The notes beneath the pieces are model-generated. The model did no database searches. It was given only the letters and a program-made list of their open reading frames with translations, and was not told the DNA's origin. Position numbers and translations under genes: made by a program. Positions 7,855 through 17,215 of a stretch of DNA of 32,000 nucleotides are shown one piece after another. The stretch comes from Candidatus Babelota bacterium (GTDB taxonomy: Bacteria > Babelota > Babeliae > Babelales > Vermiphilaceae), in contig JBDHVY010000001.1 of assembly GCA_039809905.1 (NCBI GenBank), positions 720,001 through 752,000 of the forward strand, read 5' to 3'. Positions within the stretch are counted from its first letter, which is position 1; each line of letters opens with the position of its first letter.

Positions 7855-8850
7855 CTATACTGCCTCTTTTCTCACTTCCTTAGCATTTTTATCTCGTCTC
7901 AATCCCAAATAACTAGGATGACGCAATTTATTCCCTGAAGTCCATTCCGTAAACTGAACTTCACAGACTAAAACTGGTTTAACCCAATGAACATCTTTCA
8001 TTGAAACATCAAAATTAATAAAAGGGTTTTTGGTGATTTCTAGTTTTTTTAGTTTTGTGCCTAAATCATGAAGAATTTCTTCATTAAATCCAGTACCAAC
8101 TTTCCCTGCATAATGCAGTTTGCCGTTTTCATAATATCCCAATAATAATGCGCCAAAATTAAGACGAGATCCGCTGGGAGAGGTATATCCACCAATTACC
8201 AGTTCTTGTTCATTGCTGCACTTAAATTTAAGCCAATTTGTAGATCGTTTTGAGATGTATGTGCTATCGGATTTCTTTGCAATTAAACCTTCCCATTTAT
8301 CTTTGCAAGCTTGCTTGAAATATAACTCTCCTTTTTCATTTTTGTGTGTTACGTAACAAATAGTTTTATCTTTGGGCAAAATAGATTTTAAGATTTTTTT
8401 GCGAGTAAGTAATGGTAGATGAGTTATCAGGTAACCATCGCAATAAAGAATATCGAAAACATAATAATAAATGCGCATTTTTAATAATGCAGGATTAAGT
8501 GTGGTAGTTCCAAATCTTTGTGATAATAATGCAAAGCTGGTTGTTTTTTTGTTGAATGCTACTATTTCGCCATCTAAAATACAATCAGGCAGATTAAGTT
8601 TTTGCAATGCTGTTACGATTTCTGGATAACTTTGATTGAGTATTTTATCATTACGTGATTTTAAGATAATGTTTTTACCTTTTTTAAAAAGCAAACATCT
8701 TTCACCATCTAATTTTCTTTCGAATATCCAATCGGGGTCTGAAAAACGTTCTTCGGTTAAAGTAGCAAGCATAGGTTTAATAAAAGATGGCATCGTTTTT
8801 TTATCAAGTAATTTCTTTTCGTGTGGAGAAAGAAGATCTAAAAAAGACAT
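7855..8850 (-). CDS. ligD: ATP-dependent DNA ligase, LigD ligase-domain-only type
   Basis: 331 aa. Adenylation motif I ERKLDGERC (KxDG). Later motifs EGLIAKKSDSTY and WLKFK. AAGGA RBS. No polymerase/primase or phosphoesterase domain attached. Confidence 0.9.
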   Translation of the reverse strand: MSFLDLLSPHEKKLLDKKTMPSFIKPMLATLTEERFSDPDWIFERKLDGERCLLFKKGKNIILKSRNDKILNQSYPEIVTALQKLNLPDCILDGEIVAFNKKTTSFALLSQRFGTTTLNPALLKMRIYYYVFDILYCDGYLITHLPLLTRKKILKSILPKDKTICYVTHKNEKGELYFKQACKDKWEGLIAKKSDSTYISKRSTNWLKFKCSNEQELVIGGYTSPSGSRLNFGALLLGYYENGKLHYAGKVGTGFNEEILHDLGTKLKKLEITKNPFINFDVSMKDVHWVKPVLVCEVQFTEWTSGNKLRHPSYLGLRRDKNAKEVRKEAV

Positions 8851-8923
8851 TGCATTCCTTTTTTTTAATTCAATATAGTTCTTCTACTATATGTTTTTAT
8901 ATTCTTAAAATAAAAGGGTCGTT

Positions 8924-9697
8924 ATGAAAGCTATTTGGTCAGGGTCTTTAACATTTGGATTATTGAATATTCCAGTGCATGTTTATTCAGCAATTACCGA
9001 ACATAAATTTGGGTTTCGTATATTGTGTAATACCTGCCATACGCCCTTAAAAAATGTACGATGGTGTGAACACTGTAAAAAAGCAGTTGCGTGGGATAAT
9101 ACCGTTAAAGGCTTTAAGCGTGATAAAAATTCTTTTTTTGTTATGACAAATGAAGCAATTAATAAATTAAAGCCAGCAAAAATAGATGCTATTACCATTA
9201 CAGAGTTTGTTCATAAAGATGAAATAGATATGCTCTATATTGAAAACCATTATTACGTGGCGCCCACAAAAGAAACAGATAAAGCATTTTACTTATTTGC
9301 TCAAGCACTTGAAAAATCAAATAAAGTTGCCATTGCTCGCTTTATTATGCGTGAAAAAGAATATGTTGTTGCCATTAGTTTTTATAAAAATATTCTTCTT
9401 CTTAATACACTGCATTATGAATACGAAATACGCGATATAATAGCTCATAATAAGAAAATCAAAGCAACCAAAGAAGAATTAGATTTAGCCTTATTGTTAA
9501 TTAATAAACTAACACATAAAAAATTTGATCTGAGTAAATATAGAGATACTTTCGTAGAAAAGCTTAAAAAAGCATTGAAATCAAGCAAAACAACCAAACA
9601 ACCCAAAACTAAAAAATCGACAAAAGAAAAAGTCAGTAAAGAAAAATCTCTTGCTGCATCACTCAAAGAAAGTTTGCGTGGACAAGCTCGGGCATAA
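8924..9697 (+). CDS. ku: Ku DNA end-binding protein (NHEJ)
   Basis: 257 aa. Canonical N-terminus MKAIWSGSLTFGLLNIPVHVYSA and a Lys-rich C-terminal tail. Divergent from ligD across 73 bp. Confidence 0.92.
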   Translation: MKAIWSGSLTFGLLNIPVHVYSAITEHKFGFRILCNTCHTPLKNVRWCEHCKKAVAWDNTVKGFKRDKNSFFVMTNEAINKLKPAKIDAITITEFVHKDEIDMLYIENHYYVAPTKETDKAFYLFAQALEKSNKVAIARFIMREKEYVVAISFYKNILLLNTLHYEYEIRDIIAHNKKIKATKEELDLALLLINKLTHKKFDLSKYRDTFVEKLKKALKSSKTTKQPKTKKSTKEKVSKEKSLAASLKESLRGQARA

Positions 9698-9773
9698 AAA
9701 AATGCTGCAATTTTTTGTAATTATTGTATGATCCCCAGGTGATTAAACATTTTTTATCTACAAAGGGTTTTAT

Positions 9774-10175
9774 ATGAAAAATACAAAATTGTTGTTTGGA
9801 TTTGCTGCTGCAGCTATTCATTGTATGAGCGTTGCTTGTGAAGATGGCAATATCAATACATCATTAATGGTTTGTCCTGTTGAAATAACTGAATTTGATG
9901 AAGTGCCTGAACATCATTTTTCAGGCGAAGAATTATATAACTTATTGAAGATTGAATGTTATCGCAATAATAATCCACAGGCTTGTCAGCAACTACTTGC
10001 TTTTGCTGAAAAAAAGATAATTATGACTCAAGCAATTTTAAATACTCAATTGCAACAGAAGCAGCAAACTATTGAGATATATGAAGCAGCAGAAAAAAGA
10101 AGAGCTGAACGAAGAAGTAAAAGAAAAGAAGCAGAAGAAAAAGAATTATCAAATAAGTTGAATAAAGAAAATTAA
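9774..10175 (+). CDS. hypothetical secreted protein with Lys/Glu-rich C-terminal helix
   Basis: 133 aa. Signal peptide MKNTKLLFGFAAAAIHCMSVA. C-terminus AEKRRAERRSKRKEAEEKELSNKL. Confidence 0.6.
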   Translation: MKNTKLLFGFAAAAIHCMSVACEDGNINTSLMVCPVEITEFDEVPEHHFSGEELYNLLKIECYRNNNPQACQQLLAFAEKKIIMTQAILNTQLQQKQQTIEIYEAAEKRRAERRSKRKEAEEKELSNKLNKEN

Positions 10176-10204
10176 TAATATAATTCATCTCAAGGAAAAA
10201 CGTA

Positions 10205-10798
10205 ATGAAGCATACAAAAAAAATAATGTTATCCGCTATCATATCTATTCTTACTATCCATGGGAGTGCAGAAAATTTACCAGGAAGAACACGAAATCTT
10301 AATATCATGCGAATTGCTGAAAACGTATTCATTCAGTTTATTCCGATTGATAAAGATGGCGGTGATACTATAAAGGATAGTGGAAATATCTTGCGTGATT
10401 GGGCTTATTATTGCGATAATCCAAAATTGAGAATAGGTACACACATTTTTGTAGATCCTCATCCATCGATGAATAAGCTGGGCATGATTGAAAAAACAGG
10501 AAAAAATTCTTCAGCAAAATCGCTTGCTCTTAATGCGTACTTATTAACAAAAGCTGCAGAAGTGGAATACAATATAAGTGCATTTGTCGACAATAATCTG
10601 AAAGAAATGCTATCTTCAAGAGATCAGGATGGCAAAACGGTATCCGATATTTTGCGAGAAAAAAAAGCTGAAGGTGATCTTGCAAGCATTGTACTTGAAG
10701 ACTTTATCAATGATCTGCAAGAAGGTTTAAAGCTCAGAGGGTTAGAGCAAAACGGTAGACAAGAATTGGAAGAAGCTGTCAGCAAAATGATACACTAA
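10205..10798 (+). CDS. hypothetical secreted protein
   Basis: 197 aa with AGGA RBS and signal peptide MLSAIISILTIHGSA. No family recognised. Confidence 0.6.
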   Translation: MKHTKKIMLSAIISILTIHGSAENLPGRTRNLNIMRIAENVFIQFIPIDKDGGDTIKDSGNILRDWAYYCDNPKLRIGTHIFVDPHPSMNKLGMIEKTGKNSSAKSLALNAYLLTKAAEVEYNISAFVDNNLKEMLSSRDQDGKTVSDILREKKAEGDLASIVLEDFINDLQEGLKLRGLEQNGRQELEEAVSKMIH

Positions 10799-10824
10799 AT
10801 GTGTAGATAGCGTAGTAAAAAACA

Positions 10825-10872
10825 CTGCAACAGAAGGACTTATAAAATAACAGTTCTTCTGTTGCAGTTTTG
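10825..10872. terminator. hairpin terminator between convergent genes
   Basis: Perfect 12-bp stem CTGCAACAGAAG (10825-10836) / CTTCTGTTGCAG (10856-10867) followed by TTTT. The 19-nt loop is long. Confidence 0.6.
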
Positions 10873-10874
10873 TA

Positions 10875-11963
10875 TTATCTTAAATCAATTACGTTTACGG
10901 TGTTAGAAGTATAGTTGGTGACATATGCGTGTTTTCCATTTGATGCTATTGCAATATTTGCAGGAGATTGATCAACTGCTATTGTTGGCTTAACCACTTT
11001 GTTCTTTTTGATATCAATAATGTTTACTATTCCTTGACCAGCTGTTAAATCAGTAAAATTTTCACCTGCGTATAAGGTATTATAATTAGTAACATATGCA
11101 AAACGACCATCAGGAGTAATAGCAATGCCTGCTGGTTGTATTGCCACATCAATAGTATTTATTGCTTCTACATGGCCAGGCTTAAGGCTCACAACACTCA
11201 CGGTAGTGCCAAATGGTGCAAAATTGTTGCTACCAAAATTAGTAATATAAGCATATTTTCCGTTTGGTGTTACCGCGATTCCAAATGGCCCAGAAAACCC
11301 TGCAATTATTGCAATACTTGTATTGAGAGTTGTATCAATAACATCCATTGATCCAGTGTATTGTTCACCATTTTCATAATTAATAACGTATACGAATTTG
11401 CCATCCGGAGATATTGCTAATGCAGCAGGAGCTGTTCCAACTTCGATTGGGTCCCCAATAATAGTATTGGTGTTTAAATCAACTATCCTGACAGTTGTTC
11501 CATTGCCGCTGCCAACACCTTCAGGTCCCCCATAATTATTTACGTATGCTCTCGCTCCATCAGGAGTTATAACCATTCCTGATGGTCCATCAAATCCATC
11601 GATAGTATCGATAACATGATTGGTAGCAGTATTTATTACGCTTATAGTCGTGCTATTGCTATTAGTGATGTATGCGCGTGTGCCAGATTTATTAATAGTT
11701 ACTGTATACGGTTGGTTAAAACTTTCATGATTAATCGTTTCTTTCAGCAGATTTTTTTTGAGGTCCAATACGCTTACGGAATCTCCATTAGCTATTCCAT
11801 AATTATTGTTATTGGCTACATATGCATAACGATTGTTAGGGGTAATTGCGATGCCCGCAGGGGTAATGCCGGTTGGAATGGTTGCAATAACGGTATTATC
11901 CTTTGATGCATAAGCCTGTGTTGCCAGGAGCAATAGTGAAAAGCTCAAAATACGAATTCTCAT
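10875..11963 (-). CDS. secreted YVTN-family beta-propeller repeat protein (7 blades)
   Basis: 362 aa with a signal peptide. Seven roughly 40-aa repeats each contain (A/V)Y(V/I)(A/T/N/I)N(N/S/Y/F): AYVANNNN, AYITNSNS, AYVNNYGG, VYVINYEN, AYITNFGS, AYVTNYNT, AYVTNYTS. Confidence 0.88.
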   Translation of the reverse strand: MRIRILSFSLLLLATQAYASKDNTVIATIPTGITPAGIAITPNNRYAYVANNNNYGIANGDSVSVLDLKKNLLKETINHESFNQPYTVTINKSGTRAYITNSNSTTISVINTATNHVIDTIDGFDGPSGMVITPDGARAYVNNYGGPEGVGSGNGTTVRIVDLNTNTIIGDPIEVGTAPAALAISPDGKFVYVINYENGEQYTGSMDVIDTTLNTSIAIIAGFSGPFGIAVTPNGKYAYITNFGSNNFAPFGTTVSVVSLKPGHVEAINTIDVAIQPAGIAITPDGRFAYVTNYNTLYAGENFTDLTAGQGIVNIIDIKKNKVVKPTIAVDQSPANIAIASNGKHAYVTNYTSNTVNVIDLR

Positions 11964-12071
11964 AGTACATCCTTTTTAATAATATGCTCTCAGAGAGCTG
12001 TTTAGAGGGCTTTTGATCTATTTATTTCTATATGATATTATTATCATAATGCAACAAATAGGGGGAAATTT

Positions 12072-12485
12072 ATGAAATATTCAATAGTAATCACTGGTTT
12101 AGCAGCACTGGTATTGTTTATTATCCAGTTTGGCTTTTTTTCATTGAGCCAAGATAATAAAGTTGATCGAGTAAAGATGATTGCGCGCCAAATGCGTACT
12201 GCCGGAGCTCAATGTCAATGTCGCTCACCAGGCGAAATGAAAGCAATACGTTCAGGGTTTTTGAACAGTAATCGTGATGCAACAATTAATCAATTGGTTG
12301 AAGCGATTAATACACCCATAGATGGGGAGACCATTATTCCTTTTTTACGTAGCTTAAATTGTTCGGTTTGTACGGAATATGCTAATTCTGTTGAGCATGA
12401 TAAAGGTAGAGGAATTTGGGCTCAACGAGTCTGGTTGGGAGAGAGAACAATTGGTGAAGCGCTGGATAGTGGTCGACTTAGTTAA
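12072..12485 (+). CDS. hypothetical protein with N-terminal membrane anchor or signal
   Basis: 137 aa with a GGGGG RBS and hydrophobic N-terminus IVITGLAALVLFIIQFGFF. Cys pairs CQC and CSVC. Confidence 0.55.
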   Translation: MKYSIVITGLAALVLFIIQFGFFSLSQDNKVDRVKMIARQMRTAGAQCQCRSPGEMKAIRSGFLNSNRDATINQLVEAINTPIDGETIIPFLRSLNCSVCTEYANSVEHDKGRGIWAQRVWLGERTIGEALDSGRLS

Positions 12486-12519
12486 TAGAGATTATAACAT
12501 TACTTTTTGAGGGTTTTTT

Positions 12520-12945
12520 GTGAAAAATATAAGAAAATTATTTTTAATAACTACCATGATAGTTACTTTGCCGCATGTTCTCAAAGCAGAAAATAATGTA
12601 AAAGATGTGTCTTTCGAATTTGCACAAAAATTTCAGCGCTTGGTTGATGAATGTGAAAAAATGTCAGCCGATGATATGACGAGAGATTTTATTGTGCTTG
12701 TGGCTCCTGAAAAAGGACGTAATTTTTATCGGGTTTTTAATTCGCAAGGAGCAACGGTAGATGCAAAAGCTATCGCGTATGATAAGAAACAAGAGCCAGG
12801 CTGTCATCAGTTAAAATCTATAATGAATCTCCTAGATCAAGAAATACAGTCTGCAGCAAAAAAAGGTAAATATAACGAAGATAGGGCTTTGATTTATACT
12901 TTACCTTCTAATGTTTTTGAAATTATAAAACATGAGCGTAGATAA
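12520..12945 (+). CDS. hypothetical secreted protein
   Basis: 141 aa with a GTG start at 12520 and GAGGG 7 nt upstream. Signal peptide LFLITTMIVTLPHVLKA. Confidence 0.6.
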   Translation: MKNIRKLFLITTMIVTLPHVLKAENNVKDVSFEFAQKFQRLVDECEKMSADDMTRDFIVLVAPEKGRNFYRVFNSQGATVDAKAIAYDKKQEPGCHQLKSIMNLLDQEIQSAAKKGKYNEDRALIYTLPSNVFEIIKHERR

Positions 12946-12970
12946 ATTACGTAGCTAATAAGAAGAAAAA

Positions 12971-12997
12971 GGGCTTGGAATTTTCCAGGCCCTTTTT
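12971..12997. terminator. bidirectional rho-independent terminator
   Basis: GGGCTTGG (12971-12978) / CCAGGCCC (12985-12992) with one G:U, a T5 run after it and an A5 run before it. Sits between convergent genes. Confidence 0.65.
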
Positions 12998-13007
12998 CCA
13001 TTTCTTT

Positions 13008-13043
13008 ATTGGGGTCCCCATTGTAATGAAATGAAAATGGGGT
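13008..13043 (+). repeat. copy 2 of dispersed element ATTGGGGTCCCCAT-N15-ATGGGGT
   Basis: attGGGGTCCCCATtgtaatgaaatgaaaATGGGGt. Ends exactly at the stop codon (13044-13046) of the minus-strand OMP gene, so it lies in that mRNA's 3' UTR upstream of the terminator. Confidence 0.5.
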
Positions 13044-14306
13044 TCAAAAATCAACAGATATGACAGCACCAACAGTTGGAATCAGTGCAACATTTTTACC
13101 ATTCACTGGATTTCGCGTAAATAAACCAATTTCTGGTCTTACACAACCATTGGGCCAATGATAACCACAATCATAGGTAAATTTTGTGATAATGTGATGC
13201 ATGGTGAAATTATCAAGACGCCGTGAAGTATTGGCGATATTGGTAGAAAACTGTTGTGTTTTTAATGAATATTCACCATCGCCTTGTTTAAGATATTGGT
13301 ATCCAACTTTAAATGAAAGACCTTTTGCAAAGCGATATAATTCAACATATAAATCAAAACGTTGTACTAAACCAGAATCTTTGAACACATCTGTTTTTTC
13401 GAGTAACAGAAGTTCTGTTTGTTGTACATCTGTTTTAATTCTGCGTTTGCGTGTGTGGCCAAATATTTGTGTGAGCTGAACATCAATGCCGCATTTAAAA
13501 TTAGTTCCCAGTGTTAGATCTAAACCTAAGCCAAATGGCATTGATACTGCCCCATCATATCCAAATGGTACGGCAAATAATAAATCTTCATTTTCACGTA
13601 ATCCTGTAGGAAACCCAATTCCCCAACGCCAATTAACACGTACGTTTTTCAAAAATGGTTTATTTTGCCTGAAATCGCGGAACCATTCAACAAGCATGGT
13701 TAAGTCACCAACGCCACTGCGTTCCCAACAACCAATATTAAGGCAACCAAGTTGTTGTACATTTGCAGCTAAATTATCAGTAAGTAATTCGTGTACTAAT
13801 TTATCTAAATTATCAACATTGGGGGTTTGATCGATAAACTTAACATCGTTGAGTGTCATTTTATAAATAGGTAGATATAATCCAATGCGCCAATCATTTG
13901 CAAAATAAAGATTTGCTGCAAATGCTGCTCCAATATTCAGTTGTAAATCCCCATCAACATTAAATCTTCCTCGAATACCATTATCAGAATCAAGTAGTGC
14001 AGAACGTAATTGGCCAATTGCGCTTTCTTCAGGAAAGCCTTCTAACATGGCAAGTGCATTTTGCTGACAATTCCAAATGCGTAATGGATTTGCAACACTA
14101 CCATCATCATCAAATCCCTTTGCGTTATGAAATCCAGCTTCAGTATAAAAAGCTGTTTGCCATCTTCGCTGATTATCAAATGTTGGCCGAATAAGTACTT
14201 CGTATGGCCAGAAAGTGTTGGCAATATTCATGGCCTTAAGCGAGTTGCCTATGTAAGCCAATACTATAAAAATGAGTAAAAACGTTACCTTTTTTTTGCG
14301 CGTCAT
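13044..14306 (-). CDS. predicted outer-membrane beta-barrel protein
   Basis: 420 aa. Signal peptide MTRKKKVTFLLIFIVLAYIGNSLKA. Alternating aromatic/Gly-rich strands. C-terminal VGAVISVDF ends in Phe, matching the OMP sorting signature. Specific family not recognised. Confidence 0.7.
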   Translation of the reverse strand: MTRKKKVTFLLIFIVLAYIGNSLKAMNIANTFWPYEVLIRPTFDNQRRWQTAFYTEAGFHNAKGFDDDGSVANPLRIWNCQQNALAMLEGFPEESAIGQLRSALLDSDNGIRGRFNVDGDLQLNIGAAFAANLYFANDWRIGLYLPIYKMTLNDVKFIDQTPNVDNLDKLVHELLTDNLAANVQQLGCLNIGCWERSGVGDLTMLVEWFRDFRQNKPFLKNVRVNWRWGIGFPTGLRENEDLLFAVPFGYDGAVSMPFGLGLDLTLGTNFKCGIDVQLTQIFGHTRKRRIKTDVQQTELLLLEKTDVFKDSGLVQRFDLYVELYRFAKGLSFKVGYQYLKQGDGEYSLKTQQFSTNIANTSRRLDNFTMHHIITKFTYDCGYHWPNGCVRPEIGLFTRNPVNGKNVALIPTVGAVISVDF

Positions 14307-14377
14307 TGCAGGAGTCCTATTTATTTCTAAAATTTATCATATTTTTGTTTCCATTCTACTCTCTTATTCTCTTCAAT

Positions 14378-14410
14378 TTGGCGCCCGACCGAAATGAAAT
14401 GGAGGGTGGG
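14378..14410 (+). repeat. degenerate relative of the GGGGTCCCC element
   Basis: ttGGCGCCcgaccGAAATGAAATGgagGGTGGGc. A GC palindrome plus the same GAAATGAAA loop core as copy 2 plus a G-rich 3' arm. Abuts the stop (14411) of the upstream minus-strand gene. Confidence 0.3.
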
Positions 14411-17215
14411 CTATTCAAGCACTTGTGTATTAAAATTACCTGCAGCAATCCAACTTCCTGAAGCAGCACTGCGTGCAAAATAATTTATTTCTGTTCCTTG
14501 TTGCATATCTATTACTACTTGTGTACTACGATCACCTACATTGCCAACACCCACGCGAGGTACTAGATTTGCAGGTGTGATCAAAACAACAGGAGGAACT
14601 ACTACATTCTTGTTTCGTGTTGCAAAATAAAGTGCGCCATCAGTTGAAAAATTACTTCTAAATTCACCAAATGAAAGTAAAAAAGAAGGAATATTTTTTA
14701 CAAAAAGATCATCAAATGCTTGTACCGTTTTTGAATTGACTGCATCGGTATTATTGAGAGGTTGTACGGCAAATCGATTAATGCGTGATTGATCAATGCC
14801 AACATCGGCAGTTAATACATAAAAATGTCCACCTTGATTTCGTGTAATATCTTGTAAGCGGTTTGTTTGTGTTACGGTATACAATGCAGTAGGAGCACCA
14901 GCATTTTCGCCAATCTTAACGTTTGTCCATTGTGCATCAGATTCTTGTGTTATAGTGCGAATATCTTTATCGTCACCAACACGCAATAATTCGTTTGTTG
15001 TTGCGATGATACCTAATGCTTGTGAAAATATGCCATCTAAAAATCCACCGCGTGTGCTGACTCCATTATTACCGATGGTTGCAATAGTTATTGCATCAAG
15101 TGTATTAGTTGCAAAATCAGAAGTTACAAGATTAATACGATCAATTTTGCTGTGCGTGATAACGAATAAAAAATTTTCGTCATAGATTAATTTTTTTACA
15201 AATCTGTAATCACCAATTTTTTTGAATAACATGCCTTCTTCAAGACCTATGAAGTTTTCAGTTAACCGTGTTGTTGGATTCCAGCCAGAGCCATCCTCAT
15301 TTGCTAATACAACTAAGCCATCTGACCCGCCGACAAAGAACCAACCATTATCTTCATTGCGTGCAAATTCTAGTGCGGTGATAGGACCAACAGCATTGAG
15401 TGCACCTCCAGAAATAATAACTGTTTTTGCATCAACATCATCAGTAATTATCCCATCAGTGAATGTTACGCTATCATTGAAATCGGGACCAGCAGTTGGA
15501 GTAATAACATCATCATTGAGAACTCCTGTTTGTGCAAGAAGAACGGTGCCTATACCACCTGCCGCAAGCACTGCAATATCTTGCAGTCCAGGAGAATTTG
15601 GTAAGAATGTTTGCAATCCCTGTATTCCGCCTTTATCAGGTGAAAATGTTTGATCCAAAATAGTTGTTAACGGTTGCAATCCTTCCGGTGAACCATCAGA
15701 CCATACGGTGCGTTTTATCGTATTAACGGTATCAGCAGTAGTTCCTGAAGCGAGTATGAATACGCCTTCAAATGCATTGAGTGCAGCGCCAAATATCTGA
15801 TCTGTTGTTCCTGCTGCGCGTTGCCATTGTGTCCATGAAGTAATTTTTCCTGTAGCGTCAAAAATTGCTTGAGAAGAATATATTCCCGGTGTGTTTTCTT
15901 CTCCTACCAATGCAAAAACAGTATCATCGCGTACGATAATAGTAACAATCGGACCTGCAGCTAAATCACCACCGCCTACGCGTGCTGCGCTATCTGTTGA
16001 CTGAATCATTTCATCAGAAGTTGTTGCTGGCTCGCTGATGATACGTCCTATCAATCGAGCAACAGGTGCATCTTTAAAAACATTTTGAGGTACTGCATTT
16101 TTTTGTGCAATCATACCAATATTATTACCAGCATTAACCAATGGTAAGGCAAACACAGATTGTTGAGTTGCAGCAGGGCTTCCAACATTACCAACGACAA
16201 TTAAATAATTAAGAGCGGTACTGGTATACATTGTTTTAAGTTCATGAATGGAAACGCGTTGATTTGCTCCGCGCACACCGAGGATATGTGTTGTATCTCC
16301 GGAGGTAAATATATCATCAGGTGCAATAGTTTCTAATGCAATTGCTCCGTTTTCTATAAATTTAACAACGGCAACACCTCGTGTGCCAGAATTTGCACTA
16401 TTTGCAGCCGTTGTTTGTAATCCAATAAAAAGACGTTCAAGACCAGGATCCCAATGCATTGCAACTTGATTGTTAACGATATTAGAGAGGGGATTATTAA
16501 TAATGATAGCAGGCGACGTTGGATCAAGGCGCAATGCTTTCGGTTGTGCACCTGATCCGGTGTTTGCATTAACTTCGGTAAAAACTCTAAAGGTTGATTT
16601 TTTTTCTCCTTCCTCAACATCTACTGTTCCTCGTGCAAGTAATGCAACACCACTGTTTACATCTCCAAATTCACCGATATTTGGTTTTGCGGGTGCAAAT
16701 ATGTGACCAATGCCATTAGTTGTTAATTCGACAATGCCGCTTGAAACATTGCCATCTGCATCATGAACATCTTGTGATACCTGCAAAGAAATGTTACCTG
16801 TCGGGAAAATATCTTCAAAAAGATATACGCGAGCAGGTTTAGTACTCTCGACCACAACAGGCATATCTTCCATAAAAATACCAACTTCTTTTTCGAGCAT
16901 ACCAAGTGCAATAATTTTCGCGCCAAATAATGGATTTTCTGCATTATCATTACCATTTAAGGTTACTGTTTCTGGTGTCAGAGGTACAAATGCCTTAGTT
17001 CCTCGAATAAGTCGTGAGAGCGAAAAGGTGTTGTCGGGAACAATTTCATTTGCTCCTTCATAAAAGCTGCCATTTTGGCTGAAAATATTTTTATTGACAC
17101 TAAAAGAAAAGGTTTGTCCCTCTGGAGCGTCTTTATCTCCTTCAATTAAATCTGCGCCAATAAGACAAAGTGATAATGAAAAAGTTACAAAAAAAGTACC
17201 TATTTTTTTATTCAT
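14411..17215 (-). CDS. large secreted beta-rich protein, ORFan
   Basis: The ORF extends to 17236, but ATG 17215 has AGGAAG 5 nt upstream and gives MNKKIGTFFVTFSLSLCLIGA, a signal peptide. 934 aa rich in Gly/Thr/Asn/Val/Ile. No motif recognised. Stop lies 104 nt upstream of the OMP gene start. Confidence 0.8.
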   Translation of the reverse strand: MNKKIGTFFVTFSLSLCLIGADLIEGDKDAPEGQTFSFSVNKNIFSQNGSFYEGANEIVPDNTFSLSRLIRGTKAFVPLTPETVTLNGNDNAENPLFGAKIIALGMLEKEVGIFMEDMPVVVESTKPARVYLFEDIFPTGNISLQVSQDVHDADGNVSSGIVELTTNGIGHIFAPAKPNIGEFGDVNSGVALLARGTVDVEEGEKKSTFRVFTEVNANTGSGAQPKALRLDPTSPAIIINNPLSNIVNNQVAMHWDPGLERLFIGLQTTAANSANSGTRGVAVVKFIENGAIALETIAPDDIFTSGDTTHILGVRGANQRVSIHELKTMYTSTALNYLIVVGNVGSPAATQQSVFALPLVNAGNNIGMIAQKNAVPQNVFKDAPVARLIGRIISEPATTSDEMIQSTDSAARVGGGDLAAGPIVTIIVRDDTVFALVGEENTPGIYSSQAIFDATGKITSWTQWQRAAGTTDQIFGAALNAFEGVFILASGTTADTVNTIKRTVWSDGSPEGLQPLTTILDQTFSPDKGGIQGLQTFLPNSPGLQDIAVLAAGGIGTVLLAQTGVLNDDVITPTAGPDFNDSVTFTDGIITDDVDAKTVIISGGALNAVGPITALEFARNEDNGWFFVGGSDGLVVLANEDGSGWNPTTRLTENFIGLEEGMLFKKIGDYRFVKKLIYDENFLFVITHSKIDRINLVTSDFATNTLDAITIATIGNNGVSTRGGFLDGIFSQALGIIATTNELLRVGDDKDIRTITQESDAQWTNVKIGENAGAPTALYTVTQTNRLQDITRNQGGHFYVLTADVGIDQSRINRFAVQPLNNTDAVNSKTVQAFDDLFVKNIPSFLLSFGEFRSNFSTDGALYFATRNKNVVVPPVVLITPANLVPRVGVGNVGDRSTQVVIDMQQGTEINYFARSAASGSWIAAGNFNTQVLE

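Noticed and set aside
10875-11963. Periodic DNA repeats in this region as a possible non-coding repeat array or CRISPR
   Set aside because: The periodicity of about 120-130 nt corresponds to the diverged YVTN propeller blades of a continuous 362-aa ORF. There are no identical repeats or spacers.
14955-17063. Multiple 60-143 aa ORFs (14955, 15222, 16354, 16470, 16723, 16791) inside or antisense to the 941-aa gene
   Set aside because: These are shadow ORFs within a long, well-supported CDS. The same applies to the track ORFs nested in other confident genes: 355, 540, 748, 2610, 4235, 5015, 8636, 8983, 9240, 9445, 10069, 10277, 11136, 11616, 13201, 13486, 13997, 14042, 18367, 18982, 19828, 20451, 21010, 21810, 23363, 23652, 24444, 24511, 24738, 26586, 26648, 29013 and 30711.
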